Shown here one piece after another: positions 41,909 to 51,921 of a stretch of DNA of 64,000 bases; position 1 is the stretch's first letter; each line of letters begins with the position of its first letter. The stretch lies in NCBI GenBank assembly GCA_965215195.1, contig CBDCDC010000002.1, forward strand, positions 3,232,001-3,296,000, in the 5' to 3' direction. The stretch comes from Candidatus Latescibacterota bacterium (GTDB taxonomy: Bacteria > Latescibacterota > UBA2968 > UBA8231). The notes beneath the pieces were generated by a model that saw nothing but the letters and a program-made list of their open reading frames with translations, searched no databases and was not told where the DNA came from. The position numbers were made by a program, and so were the translations under genes.

Positions 41909-42966
41909 TTACAAGTAGCCCAAGACATTCCCCGTCATACCAGTGAAGTAGTCAATTACCAGCCACATGCCCGCCACTACTACTTGGCCTAGGATCAACC
42001 CTAGAAAGAAAGGCCGAGTCCGGCTGTAGGCAGCGGATCCTCCGTACTTGAGCACAATCGAGTAGCCAGCAGGGCGAAGACGACTAGGCTGCCGAGGATA
42101 TCCAGCGGGCATAGATAGGTCAAGGCCATCACCAAAGGCAGAACGCGGATGGTCAGGCCCGGGAAGGGGCGGGGCAATTCAAGGTGGAAGCGCTTGGTAT
42201 AGAGTTCAAACAGCGGCAAGCCCGGCGTGAAGTATGCGCCGATATTGTAGAGCAGGGGCAACAAGACAACCCCGCAGCCGATCCAGAACAGACCCGAGCA
42301 GAAGAGGTCGGGCACCCGTCGCGGCCCGTCGAAGCCCCGCGTCAGATCGAGGGGCATCTGCGCCAGCGGGAAGGTGAGTTTCTCGGCTTCCATCCACTGG
42401 CGCTGGAATAGCACCACCAAGCAAAAGCCGAATACCACCATGGCCAGCGAAGCCCCCAGCCACTCGATAATCGCCCCGATCCAGCCGTCCCACGGCACCG
42501 CCGCCCCTTGAGGCAGACCCATCCAGAAGGTATCTAGCACCCGAGGAGAGGAGTCGGGAAAAGCGCGCCAAGGCAAATAGGGAAAGAGCAGGTCCGACCA
42601 CTGGTTTTCGGGCGTGGCCATGTAGAAGGGCGCTCCGATAATGGCGATCCAGTAGTCGCTCCAGCCCCACTGCGGCAGGGCACCCACCACCCAGAGCATG
42701 GTGAAAATGGTCAGCAATTCCCCCCGATTTAGGGCCAGCCGAGGCCACAAGTGCCCGCAGGCGGCATTGAGGAAAAGCCACAGCACAAAGGGCATAAAGG
42801 CCACCATGGGGAACTGCGAACGGACATAGCTCCCCGACCCCGATGCCTGTCCGACCTCGAGGATGAGGTAGTAGAATACAGCAACAATGGTCAGCCCCCC
42901 TATAATCAGGGCACGCAAGGTGATCCGAGGGGGCTTGGAGCCATCTAGTGAACTGATGTTGCGCAC
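41909..42966 (-). pseudogene. DUF6785/DUF6784-like membrane protein, internally deleted and frameshifted
   Basis: N-terminal part (GELLTIF, YMATPENQW, QWMEAEKLTFPLAQMP) joined near 42065, out of frame, to the family C-terminus (LKYGG..Y...PFFLGLILG); ~350 aa in total versus ~660 aa paralogues. Confidence 0.75.
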
Positions 42967-43201
42967 CTTCCTACCCTCTCAAAAATACCCCAATACATTT
43001 CCGGTCTTTCCGCTGTACACTACAAACTTGGCCCAAAATCAAACCGAGAAAAAACGGCCGCGCCTTCAAGTGCCCTGCGGAGCCGCCGAACTTGAGACGC
43101 CCAAGCGGTGAAGATACTGAATCACACCCAGTGTTGAACGCACCAGAGGGATCTCTTTTTTCGTACTCAAGTGGCGATCCGGCTCCAGGGAGGAGGCTTC
43201 T

Positions 43202-43591
43202 TTACGGGGTGTGGTCGCTTGCTGAAGGAACTTGGTAGGCGGTGTATTTGAGGTTTTTGCCCCGGGCCTTTTCTACTGGATAGCGCTGGGCCGAAATGGC
43301 CAATTTCTCCTCCAGCATTTGCGCGGCATCCAAGCCGAAGCGGTCGCACATGAGCAGGACAAAGTACAGGGCGTCGGCCAGTTCGTGGCCAATAGCCCGG
43401 CGGAAGGATTCGTCTTCTAGGCGGGTGGCGATCTCTTGGTCGGAGCGGAAGCGGAAGTGCTCCAAAACTTCGGCTGCTTCGGTAGAAAGACCAATGGCCA
43501 AGTCCTTGGGGGTGTGGAATTGCGCCCAGTCGCGCTCCTCCACAAAGCGGCGGATTTGGGCGGTGAGCTGGGTCAGCGTGGCTTCGCTCAT
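43202..43591 (-). CDS. MazG-like nucleotide pyrophosphohydrolase (dCTPase-like)
   Basis: FVEERDWAQFHTPKDLA..L..EAAE..E, ELAD, YPVEKARG..KY. Confidence 0.9.
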   Translation of the reverse strand: MSEATLTQLTAQIRRFVEERDWAQFHTPKDLAIGLSTEAAEVLEHFRFRSDQEIATRLEDESFRRAIGHELADALYFVLLMCDRFGLDAAQMLEEKLAISAQRYPVEKARGKNLKYTAYQVPSASDHTP

Positions 43592-44739
43592 GGGTCCAAG
43601 CCCCGCACTAGCCGAACCCCAATGTGGCTAAAACGCCGGTCGGGCGCGTTCCAGCAGCGCTGGGCCGAGCGGGAAAGCAAAGCCGCGTCCTTAAAGCTGC
43701 CGCCGCGAAATACCCGAGCCGTACCCTCGGGCGGCCCTTGGGGATCGATCTGCGGCCCCCCCGGGTACGCACCCAACCAGTCGCCTACCCACTCCCACAC
43801 ATTGCCGTGCATATCGTATAGCCCCCAAGGGTTGGGCACTTTTAACCCCACTGGCTGAGCAGCCAGCCGCCCGGCAAGGGAACCATTGTCCGCCCACCAA
43901 GCGTGGCGGTCCAGCTCCTTTTGGGCATTGCCAAAAGACCACGGCGTCTTCGTGCCCGCCCGCCCAGCGTACTCCCACTCGGCTTCAGTAGGCAGCCGGT
44001 ACACCTCGGCACCGGCTGCGGCGTTGAGGGTGGCTATGAATTCTTGCACATCCTCCCAAGAGATGTACACGGCCGGCCGGTCAGCGCCCTCCTCCATTTC
44101 GCCGGCGTGGCGGCTCCACGGCCGCTCCCCGGTCACAGCCGTCCACTGGCGCTGGGTGATTTCGCACTGGCTTAGGTAGAAACCCCGGGTTAGGCGAACC
44201 TCGAGCTGAGGACCTTCGTCGTCGTTGCGGCCCGGCTCGCTTAGCGGCGAACCCATGGTGAAGGCACCCGGCTCGATCCACACCATATCCAGCCGCACAC
44301 CCGAGGCCAACTCTACGGCAATCGGGGGCTGCGAGCGGGAAGGCAATGGCTCGACAACGAGGGTAAGACCGAGGGGAACAGACTGCCCCGGGGCCAGATC
44401 CAGCTTGGCCGAGCCGCTGGCTACCAAGGCCCCAGCCGCATCGTAGCCGGCAACCGCAAATAGTCTGGCGGCACCCGCCGGGATCCCGGAGACGGTACCG
44501 ACGATGCGATCGCCATCCACGGCCAATATCCGGCGCATGGCTGGCATATCGGCCGCCGTGACCACTACCTCAACTCGGGCGAGCCTAGCGGCCACTTCAG
44601 CATCCACCTTAGCGGCTAGCAGCACGACTGCGCCGGCTTCCTCAGCCTCGGTGGGAGCTGCGCGGCGATCCCCACAAGCGAGCAGCCCTAGGAGGACGGC
44701 CAGCAGCAGGCTGGAGCCTATTTTCAAGCAGGTGTGCAT
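43588..44739 (-). CDS. Lipoprotein with FGE-sulfatase (SUMF1-like) domain
   Basis: LLAC lipobox from ATG 44739; FTMGS, E.TQ.QW, SWED, RLPTEAEWEYA.RAG, NPWGLYDMHGNVWEW, RGGS, GVRL. Confidence 0.88.
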   Translation of the reverse strand: MHTCLKIGSSLLLAVLLGLLACGDRRAAPTEAEEAGAVVLLAAKVDAEVAARLARVEVVVTAADMPAMRRILAVDGDRIVGTVSGIPAGAARLFAVAGYDAAGALVASGSAKLDLAPGQSVPLGLTLVVEPLPSRSQPPIAVELASGVRLDMVWIEPGAFTMGSPLSEPGRNDDEGPQLEVRLTRGFYLSQCEITQRQWTAVTGERPWSRHAGEMEEGADRPAVYISWEDVQEFIATLNAAAGAEVYRLPTEAEWEYAGRAGTKTPWSFGNAQKELDRHAWWADNGSLAGRLAAQPVGLKVPNPWGLYDMHGNVWEWVGDWLGAYPGGPQIDPQGPPEGTARVFRGGSFKDAALLSRSAQRCWNAPDRRFSHIGVRLVRGLDP

Positions 44740-44781
44740 ATTTATATTGTAATGCAAGGTCTCCCAGTGCCCAAGCCTCCC

Positions 44782-46584
44782 ATGTGCCCACCCGTAGTTC
44801 CCTCCCAACCACAACGCCGCACTTGGCTCGTGCCGGCCCTCCTACTGGTGGGGCTGACCGCCGGGGCCTATGTACCGGCGATGAGCGGCGGTTTTATCTG
44901 GGACGACGACGACTACGTGCAGGACAACCTCGCCCTGCGCTCGCTAGCCGGGCTTGGGCAGATCTGGTTCCAGCCGGGGACCACGCGCCAGTACTACCCG
45001 CTAGTCCATACGACCTATTGGCTCGAATACCGTCTGTGGGGATTGGACCCGACCGGCTACCACGTGGTCAATGTAATCCTGCACGCCCTAAGTGCCGTTT
45101 TGGTCTGGCGGCTCCTAATCCGACTCAAAGTAGCCGGCGCTTGGGCTGCGGCCGCCCTATTTGCCCTGCACCCAGTACACGTCGAGTCGGTGGCGTGGAT
45201 TACCGAGCGCAAGAATGTGTTGTCCGGCGCATTCTACCTGAGTGCGGCATGGGCCTACCTGCGCTGCCAAGAAGCGCGCAGCCCGCGTCTGTACTGGGCC
45301 GCTTTGTTCCTTTTTGCCGCGGCCCTGCTCAGCAAAACCGTCACCTGCACCCTGCCGGCCGCCCTGTTGCTGGTGCTGTGGTGGAAGGGCCAAACGCCCA
45401 TGCGGCGCACGGCAGTAGCCCTCGTGCCGTTTTTTGCCCTCGGGGTGGCCATGAGCGGGGTGACGGTGTGGATGGAGAAGCACAGTGTCGGTGCTTGGGG
45501 GCCAGAGTGGGACTTGTCGCTGGTGGAGCGCGGCCTGATCGCCGGGCGGGCGCTGTGGTTTTACGCGGCAAAACTCCTCGTGCCGCTCGAGCTCGCGTTT
45601 ATCTATCCCCGCTGGAAAATCGACGCGACCGCGGTCTGGCAATACGTCTATCCAGCCGGAGCCTTGGGCGTCGGAGCCCTGCTGTGGGCTTTTCGGGAGC
45701 GCTGGGGGCGGGGGGTGCTGACTGGGGCGTTGTTTTTCGCCGGCACCCTAACGCCAGCCCTAGGCTTTTTCAACTTCTACCCCATGCTCTACTCCTTTGT
45801 CGCCGACCACTTCCAATACTTGGCCAGTCTGGGGCTTTTGGCGCTGGTCGCCGCCGGTGGGCATCGCACGTGGACGCGGCTGGGCCGACCGGCGGCCGGG
45901 CCGGTCGCACTAGCGGTGGCCTTGGCACTGTGCGGTCTGCTCACTTGGCAGCAAGGGCAGGTCTATGCCGATCTGGAAACCTTGTGGCGCGATACCCTCA
46001 AAAAAAATGCCGGCGCTTGGATCGCCCACAACAACCTGGCCAATATCCTCAAAGAGCGCGGCCAGCTCGACCAAGCCATCGGCCACTACCGGCAAGCTCT
46101 ACTGCTAAAGCCCGGCAGCGCCCAAATTCACCTCAACCTCGCCGACGCGCACCGAGCGCGGGGCGAGCCTGCCGCAGCCATGCGCCACTACGGCCGCGCC
46201 TTAAACGCCGAGCCAGACCGCGTCGAAACCTACCTCAAACTGGGCAACGCCCTCCTCGGCCAAAACGCGGTCGCCGAGGCCATTGAACACTACGGCCGCG
46301 CCCTCCGACTGGCCCCGGACCTCGCGTTGGCGCACAGCAATCTGGGCGCGGCCTTGGCGATCCAACGACGAGACGCCGAAGCCATCGAACACTATCAACG
46401 CGCCCTACAACTCAACCCCGACTTTGCCGAGGCGCACAACAATTTGGGGCGGCTCTTAGCTCTCCGGGGTCAGTTCGCAGAAGCCATCGACCACTATCGA
46501 CGCGCCTTACAACTCAAACCCACCTACCGCCAAGCTCGAGCCAATCTCGCCTCGGCCCTGCAAGCGGTGGGGGCCGATCCCTAG
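44782..46584 (+). CDS. TMTC-like multi-pass membrane glycosyltransferase with C-terminal TPR repeats
   Basis: FIWDDDDYV, YYPL, YHVVNVILH, FALHPVHVESVAWITERK, ADHFQY, followed by ~5 TPRs; start uncertain (44734-44782). Confidence 0.82.
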   Translation: MCPPVVPSQPQRRTWLVPALLLVGLTAGAYVPAMSGGFIWDDDDYVQDNLALRSLAGLGQIWFQPGTTRQYYPLVHTTYWLEYRLWGLDPTGYHVVNVILHALSAVLVWRLLIRLKVAGAWAAAALFALHPVHVESVAWITERKNVLSGAFYLSAAWAYLRCQEARSPRLYWAALFLFAAALLSKTVTCTLPAALLLVLWWKGQTPMRRTAVALVPFFALGVAMSGVTVWMEKHSVGAWGPEWDLSLVERGLIAGRALWFYAAKLLVPLELAFIYPRWKIDATAVWQYVYPAGALGVGALLWAFRERWGRGVLTGALFFAGTLTPALGFFNFYPMLYSFVADHFQYLASLGLLALVAAGGHRTWTRLGRPAAGPVALAVALALCGLLTWQQGQVYADLETLWRDTLKKNAGAWIAHNNLANILKERGQLDQAIGHYRQALLLKPGSAQIHLNLADAHRARGEPAAAMRHYGRALNAEPDRVETYLKLGNALLGQNAVAEAIEHYGRALRLAPDLALAHSNLGAALAIQRRDAEAIEHYQRALQLNPDFAEAHNNLGRLLALRGQFAEAIDHYRRALQLKPTYRQARANLASALQAVGADP

Positions 46585-46613
46585 AAACCGGGCCGTCGGC
46601 TGGAGTTGATCGC

Positions 46614-48590
46614 TTGCAACCAAAGATACCACCGGACTATCAGACCTATCTAGCGCGGCGCAGGGGTCCCAAGTCCCACCGCGACCTCCGGGCGACCGTC
46701 ACTTGGAGGGGCATCCTAATGGGGTCTTTGCTGTGTGCGCTCATCGCCGTAGGCGCTCCCTACGCCCGGCACATCGTCAAAGGGACCGCCCTCGCCCTGA
46801 CATCCGCCACTCCGGTGGCCTTTTTCCTGCTCTTCGTCCTGCTGTTGACCTTGCACCTGCTCTTGGGTCGTTGCCGCCGCGCATGGGCTTTTACCCGCGG
46901 CGAACTGATCACCATTTTCGCGATGATGACCGCGGCCGCGGCCATACCCACCAAAGGCGTGGTCAGTATGCTGCTGCCCATCATCACGGGCTCCTTGTAC
47001 TACGCCTCGCCCGAAAACCAATGGGCCGCCCAAGTCCACCCCTTGCTACCCCGGTGGATTTTGGTCGATGATGCCCAAGCCGTCATTGACTTTTACGAAG
47101 GCGGTGGCCCCATCCCTTGGGCCCACTGGCTACGGCCGCTGGCGGCGTGGTTTTCCTTCTACGTGGCTTTGTACCTGACGCTCCTCTGCATCAGCGCGAT
47201 TCTGCGCCGCCAGTGGGTCCAGTACGAGCGCCTCGCCTATCCCCTCGCCCAAGTGCCGCTAGCCATGATTGACGAGGGGGCCGAAAACCGCCTGCTCAAG
47301 CCCTTTTTCAGGAATTGGGTCATGTGGGCAGGTTTTGCTATTCCCTTCTTTCTCACCAGCCTCGGGGCCTTGCACCACTACTTTCCCCAAGTGGCCGTCC
47401 CGGGACTCTCTACGGCGGTGCAGCCGATCGAAGGCGGCCGCAGTCTCCAGTTAAACATCCACTTTCTCATGCTAGGCTTGGCCTATTTCATCAATCTCAA
47501 CATCGGCCTCAGCCTGTGGTTGTTCTATCTAATCGCCTATTTCCAAGACGCGGCCTTCGGCGTGATGGGCATTCACAGCCAAGCCGATTTGGGCCACTGG
47601 AGCGTTCCAATCAGAGGACACCTCATGCTGGGGGCCATCGCGGTCTTGCTAAGTGCAGTCTTGTGGAACGCTCGGCACCATCTCAAAGCTGTCCTGCAGC
47701 GCGCTTGGGACAGAAGCGACGCGATAGAAGACCAAGGCGAAATTATGTCCTTCCGGGCCGCTGTAGTCGGCACTGTGGTTGGCGTAGCGAGCTTGTGGTT
47801 TTGGCTGTGGCAAACCGGCCTCCCCGCTTGGATCGCCCTACTCGTCTTGGCAGTCGGTCTGACCATTTTTGTCGCTTTGGCCCGCGTCATCGCCGAGACC
47901 GGCCTGCCGATTGTCAAGCCCACCATGATCCCGGCCGGTTTTACCTTGTCTGGCATAGGTTCTTCGGTGCTGGGGCCCCAAGGGACGGTAGCCTTGGGCT
48001 ATACCATGGTGTGGTGTGGCGACTTGCTGGTCTTTATGATGGCACCCTTGGCCAATGGCCTGCGCTTGGTCAGCGACTTAAAAAGCGGACAGCGCCGCCT
48101 CTTTTGGGCCTTGGCCGCCGCCATGCTCCTCACGTGGGTGCTGTCCATGTGGTACACCCTGCATCTGGCCTACCGCCACGGCGCCATCAACCTGTACCTT
48201 TCGACGCACTATGCCACCGAGCCTTCGCGCTTGGCGGCCCGGCACCTCCTCGATCCCACCGGGCCGAGCCTAGCGGGTTGGCTGTGGACTGGCGGTGGGG
48301 GCGCGATTATGGCGGGCTTGCTGGCGGCCCGGCGCTACCTGCTGTGGTGGCCCCTGCACCCCCTCGGCTTTGTCGTCGGCTTCGGCCGCGTGATGGAGCG
48401 CATCTGGTTTGCGGTATTCTTAGCTTGGCTGAGCAAAAAGTGCCTGCTGCGCTTGGGGGGCGCGGCCGCGTACCGCAAAATGCAGCCCTTTTTCCTCGGC
48501 ATGGCCCTAGGCCACATTAGCAGCGGCGGCGTCTGGCTGCTCATCGACAGCGCGACCGGGACCGTAGGCAACCGCATTCCCCTCTATTGA
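46614..48590 (+). CDS. DUF6785/DUF6784-like polytopic membrane protein (putative transporter)
   Basis: GELITIF, YYASPENQW, RRQWVQYERLAYPLAQVP, ARVIAETG, WWPLHPLG, PFFLG motifs; many TM helices. Confidence 0.78.
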   Translation: MQPKIPPDYQTYLARRRGPKSHRDLRATVTWRGILMGSLLCALIAVGAPYARHIVKGTALALTSATPVAFFLLFVLLLTLHLLLGRCRRAWAFTRGELITIFAMMTAAAAIPTKGVVSMLLPIITGSLYYASPENQWAAQVHPLLPRWILVDDAQAVIDFYEGGGPIPWAHWLRPLAAWFSFYVALYLTLLCISAILRRQWVQYERLAYPLAQVPLAMIDEGAENRLLKPFFRNWVMWAGFAIPFFLTSLGALHHYFPQVAVPGLSTAVQPIEGGRSLQLNIHFLMLGLAYFINLNIGLSLWLFYLIAYFQDAAFGVMGIHSQADLGHWSVPIRGHLMLGAIAVLLSAVLWNARHHLKAVLQRAWDRSDAIEDQGEIMSFRAAVVGTVVGVASLWFWLWQTGLPAWIALLVLAVGLTIFVALARVIAETGLPIVKPTMIPAGFTLSGIGSSVLGPQGTVALGYTMVWCGDLLVFMMAPLANGLRLVSDLKSGQRRLFWALAAAMLLTWVLSMWYTLHLAYRHGAINLYLSTHYATEPSRLAARHLLDPTGPSLAGWLWTGGGGAIMAGLLAARRYLLWWPLHPLGFVVGFGRVMERIWFAVFLAWLSKKCLLRLGGAAAYRKMQPFFLGMALGHISSGGVWLLIDSATGTVGNRIPLY

Positions 48591-48756
48591 GTGCTGGTGT
48601 CCAGCCTCGAAGCCTTTAGACGCCTGTTGGACGCCGACGAGTAGGGGCACCGCGTAACGGCGGCTGGATGGCGCAGACGGACGCTAAATAGATGCACAAG
48701 CAGACAAGCCGCTCAAGTTTTCAAATCATTCAGGATTGCTATATCTTAGGGCCGCT

Positions 48757-50109
48757 ATGCCGACCAGCGAGCAAAAGACGTACTCGACCTTCTGCGTCCT
48801 CTGGGGCTTGGCAACGCTTTTTCACCTTGTTGCCAAAGATCCATGGCCGGCTCCTCTGCTCAGCACTCTAATCGCTGCGGCCGCTCTCTATCTGCTGCAC
48901 CAGCCGGCCGCACCGCACCGCCTCGTATTGCTGGCAGTCCTACAGGTGTGCGAAAGCTGGACGAGCGCTCCTTTTATCTCCAATCACCATCTCTTCACCG
49001 GGCTAGTGAATCTGACGCTCCTCCAAGCCTACGTCCGCTTGGCGTGGGCCGGGCGCGCATTCGCCGTGGACCCGGGGGCCTTGTACCGAACCTTCGCCCC
49101 CATCGTCCGCCTCGAACTGATCATCCTCTACTTCTTCGCCGTCTTTCACAAACTCAACGCCGACTTCCTCGACCCCCAGATGAGTTGCGCGGTCCACTTC
49201 TACGCGGCCCAACTCCAGTCACTTCCCTTCGCTTTGGCAGGAGCGGCTCCCATCTATCTTACCCTAGCTGTCGAAACGGCCATTCCGCTCCTGTTGTGCT
49301 GGCCCCCCACCCGCAACGCCGGTATCTTGCTCGGTCTCCTCTTCCACGCGGCAATCGGTTTTAACCCCCTAAGCGAATTTTTCAATTTCTCCGCCATGGT
49401 TTTTGCCTTGCTGTTTTTGTTTGCTTCCCTGCGCCTCGACGCGGGCTGGCCGGCCCGGCGCTTTTGGGGACTGCCGCGGTGGGAAAGTGTGCCTTTTCCC
49501 GGCAAGAGCACACTCGCAGTTGGCGCGGTGTTGGGGGGGTTGGGGCTTTTGGTCGCGCTGGACGAGCTATTTGCCGCACCGGCCGAGTTGGTGCTCCCCT
49601 TGTGGGGACTGTACAGCGCGGGTCTAATTCTCCTTTTCGTCCTCCTGCCCAAAGCGCCTCCGGTGCGGCCCGCATTCTCGTTCCGGCCTTGGCCCGTGCT
49701 GCTAGTGCCTCTGCTGACCGGCCTCAACGGGTGTAGTCCCTACTTGGGGCTCAAGACCGAGACGGCGTTTGCCATGTATTCCAACCTGCGCACCGAAGGG
49801 GGGCAGAGCAACCACTTGGTGGTGCCGGCTGGGGTGCAACCGTTTGGTTTCCAGCGGGACCTAGTAGAAATAAAGGACTCTTCGTCCGGCTTCTTGGCCA
49901 GTCTAAGCCGGCGCAAACTAATGTTGCCCTTCTTTGAGGTGCGCGCCTTGCTCCAACAGCATCCCAACACCTCGCTCACCTACGAGCGGTACGCCGGTTC
50001 CAGTGCCTCCCCAGACGCGCAACTGCGGCAGCCGATCCCGTGGCCGCTGCGCAAATTGCTCTACTTCCGCCCAGTGGCCCCCAGCGGCCGCCAGCCCTGT
50101 CTCCACTAG
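48757..50109 (+). CDS. HTTM-like membrane protein
   Basis: SNH, YFFAVFHKLNADF..P..SC, E..IP.LL, FH..IG, PYLGLK....F.MYSNL. Confidence 0.6.
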   Translation: MPTSEQKTYSTFCVLWGLATLFHLVAKDPWPAPLLSTLIAAAALYLLHQPAAPHRLVLLAVLQVCESWTSAPFISNHHLFTGLVNLTLLQAYVRLAWAGRAFAVDPGALYRTFAPIVRLELIILYFFAVFHKLNADFLDPQMSCAVHFYAAQLQSLPFALAGAAPIYLTLAVETAIPLLLCWPPTRNAGILLGLLFHAAIGFNPLSEFFNFSAMVFALLFLFASLRLDAGWPARRFWGLPRWESVPFPGKSTLAVGAVLGGLGLLVALDELFAAPAELVLPLWGLYSAGLILLFVLLPKAPPVRPAFSFRPWPVLLVPLLTGLNGCSPYLGLKTETAFAMYSNLRTEGGQSNHLVVPAGVQPFGFQRDLVEIKDSSSGFLASLSRRKLMLPFFEVRALLQQHPNTSLTYERYAGSSASPDAQLRQPIPWPLRKLLYFRPVAPSGRQPCLH

Positions 50110-50118
50110 GATCAGCGC

Positions 50119-51543
50119 ATGGACCAAGACTACGACCTCATTGTCGTAGGCACCGGCTTTGCCGCTTCGTTTTTTCTCTCGGCCTATCTAGCCCGGTGCC
50201 GCGCCGACGCCCGGATCTTGGTCTTGGAGCGAGGCCGGCGCGACACTCATGCTTGGCAACTGCGCCATCGTCGGCCAGCCAGCACCCCCCCTCAAGCCAC
50301 CTTTGTCAACCGCCACCGCCGCAAACAGTGGTTCTACACGCCAGCGCTGGGCGGAGGCTCCAACTGCTGGTGGGCGGTGACGCCGCGCATGATGCCCAGT
50401 GACTTTGCCTTGCACTCCACCTATGGGGTGGGCACCGACTGGCCCCTTAGCTACGACGAGTTGGAGGAATTTTACTGCCAAGCCGAAGCACTCATGGCCG
50501 TCTCAGGGCCGGCCGATGGAACCCCCCAGCCCCGCAGCCGGCCCTATCCCCAGCCACCCCACCGCTTTTCCCGACCCGATCAGCTGCTCAAAAAAGCCTA
50601 TCCAGAACTCTTTTTTCACCAGCCCACGGCCCGAGCCCGCTTGGCTACGACCCAGCGACCCGCCTGTTGCGCCAGCGGGGTGTGCGGCTTGTGCCCCATA
50701 GACGCCAAGTTCACGGTCCTCAACGAAATGGGCCATCTCTACGCCGACCCTCGCGTCGCGTTGGTGCTGGAGGCAGCCGTGCAGAGCGTGGAAACCACCG
50801 GCCGCACGGCCCGGGGCGTCCGCTACATAAAAGGCGGTAGCGAGGCGCAGGCGCAGGGCCAGTTGGTGGTCTTGGGAGCCAATGCCTTGTTCAATCCGCA
50901 CATTCTGCTGCGCTCGGGCTTGTCTCATCCCCTCTTGGGCAAATTCCTCCACGAGCAAGTCGCCGTCGGCGCGACCATAGACCTCGACGGAGTAGACAAC
51001 TTCCAAGGCAGCACCAGCATCACCGGGCATGGGTACATGTTGTACGACGGACCCCACCGAGCGCAGCGGGCCGGCTGTCTGATTGAATCGTGGAACGTGC
51101 CCACCCTGCGCTTGGAACCGGGCAAGTGGCGGCAGCGGCTGGTGCTCAAATTCCTCTTTGAGGACTTGCCCGCACCGCACAACCACGTCCGCATTGCTGC
51201 GGGCGACCCCACCCGGCCCGAAACCGCGTACCAGAACCACTCGGAGTATGCCCAGCGCGGCATTGACGCGCTCGCCGAGGCCCTGCCCGATCTTTTGCGC
51301 CCCCTGCCGGTGGAAAAAATCAACCTCAACCCGCGGCCTACCCGCACCGAGAACCACATCTTGGGCACCACGCCGATGGGCACTGACCCGCGCCGCAGCA
51401 TTATCGACCGCGGTCTGGTCCACCACCAAGTCCGCAACCTGCTGGTCTTGGGTAGCGGCGCCTTCCCAACCGGCTCGCCGGCCAACCCGACTCTCACCCT
51501 GTCGGCCCTGTCCCTGTGGGCGGCCCACCACCTGCTGACTTAG
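50119..51543 (+). CDS. GMC-family FAD oxidoreductase large subunit with Cys cluster
   Basis: DLIVVGTG, LERG, LGGGSNCW, WPLSYDELE.FY, CCASGVCGLCP, HILGT..MG, GSGAFPT...NPTLT. Confidence 0.9.
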   Translation: MDQDYDLIVVGTGFAASFFLSAYLARCRADARILVLERGRRDTHAWQLRHRRPASTPPQATFVNRHRRKQWFYTPALGGGSNCWWAVTPRMMPSDFALHSTYGVGTDWPLSYDELEEFYCQAEALMAVSGPADGTPQPRSRPYPQPPHRFSRPDQLLKKAYPELFFHQPTARARLATTQRPACCASGVCGLCPIDAKFTVLNEMGHLYADPRVALVLEAAVQSVETTGRTARGVRYIKGGSEAQAQGQLVVLGANALFNPHILLRSGLSHPLLGKFLHEQVAVGATIDLDGVDNFQGSTSITGHGYMLYDGPHRAQRAGCLIESWNVPTLRLEPGKWRQRLVLKFLFEDLPAPHNHVRIAAGDPTRPETAYQNHSEYAQRGIDALAEALPDLLRPLPVEKINLNPRPTRTENHILGTTPMGTDPRRSIIDRGLVHHQVRNLLVLGSGAFPTGSPANPTLTLSALSLWAAHHLLT

Positions 51544-51546
51544 AGT

Positions 51547-51918
51547 ATGGCGGTCTGGAACAAGCGCCGCGCCTTTTTGGGGGCTATAGCCGCCCTGTCG
51601 CTGGGCGTCGGCCTAGGACGGTGGTTTTACCGCCCGCGCCGGCTCGCCGATCCTCGAACTGAGCAAATCGCGGCAACCGTGCGCCGCCTGCTGCCCTATC
51701 TGCGGATAGAGGATGACGCCTTGGCCCGTTTCGCCCAAGACCTGCTGGCGCGGGACCAGCAAGCGCGTTTGCAGGATGAGGCGTGGCTCGGCCAGCAGTT
51801 TTTGCTGTCGAGCGATTTCTTTTGGAATGGCGCCGATGGGGCAAAGGTCGTTGGCTACCGAGCCTACTACGACCCCTACGAACTCCCCTGCGCCAACCCT
51901 TTTGCCCATTGGCAGTAG
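51547..51918 (+). CDS. Tat-exported small protein, probable GMC small (hitchhiker) subunit
   Basis: NKRRAFLG twin-arginine motif, FLLSSDFF, C-terminal CANPFA. Confidence 0.65.
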   Translation: MAVWNKRRAFLGAIAALSLGVGLGRWFYRPRRLADPRTEQIAATVRRLLPYLRIEDDALARFAQDLLARDQQARLQDEAWLGQQFLLSSDFFWNGADGAKVVGYRAYYDPYELPCANPFAHWQ

Positions 51919-51921
51919 GCC

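Noticed and set aside
43588-43750. DGR variable region in the FGE-sulfatase (CLec-fold) C-terminus
   Set aside because: No template repeat or reverse transcriptase seen in the window; cannot exclude one elsewhere in the genome
44784-46286. Long shadow ORFs (also 12828..14021, 47315..48520, 50503..51531)
   Set aside because: Arg/Pro/Gly-rich off-frame or antisense ORFs typical of GC-rich DNA, overlapping well-supported genes
48591-48644. Tiny ORF VLVSSLEAFRRLLDADE after the DUF6785 gene
   Set aside because: 17 aa, no RBS; could be a gene remnant but cannot be supported
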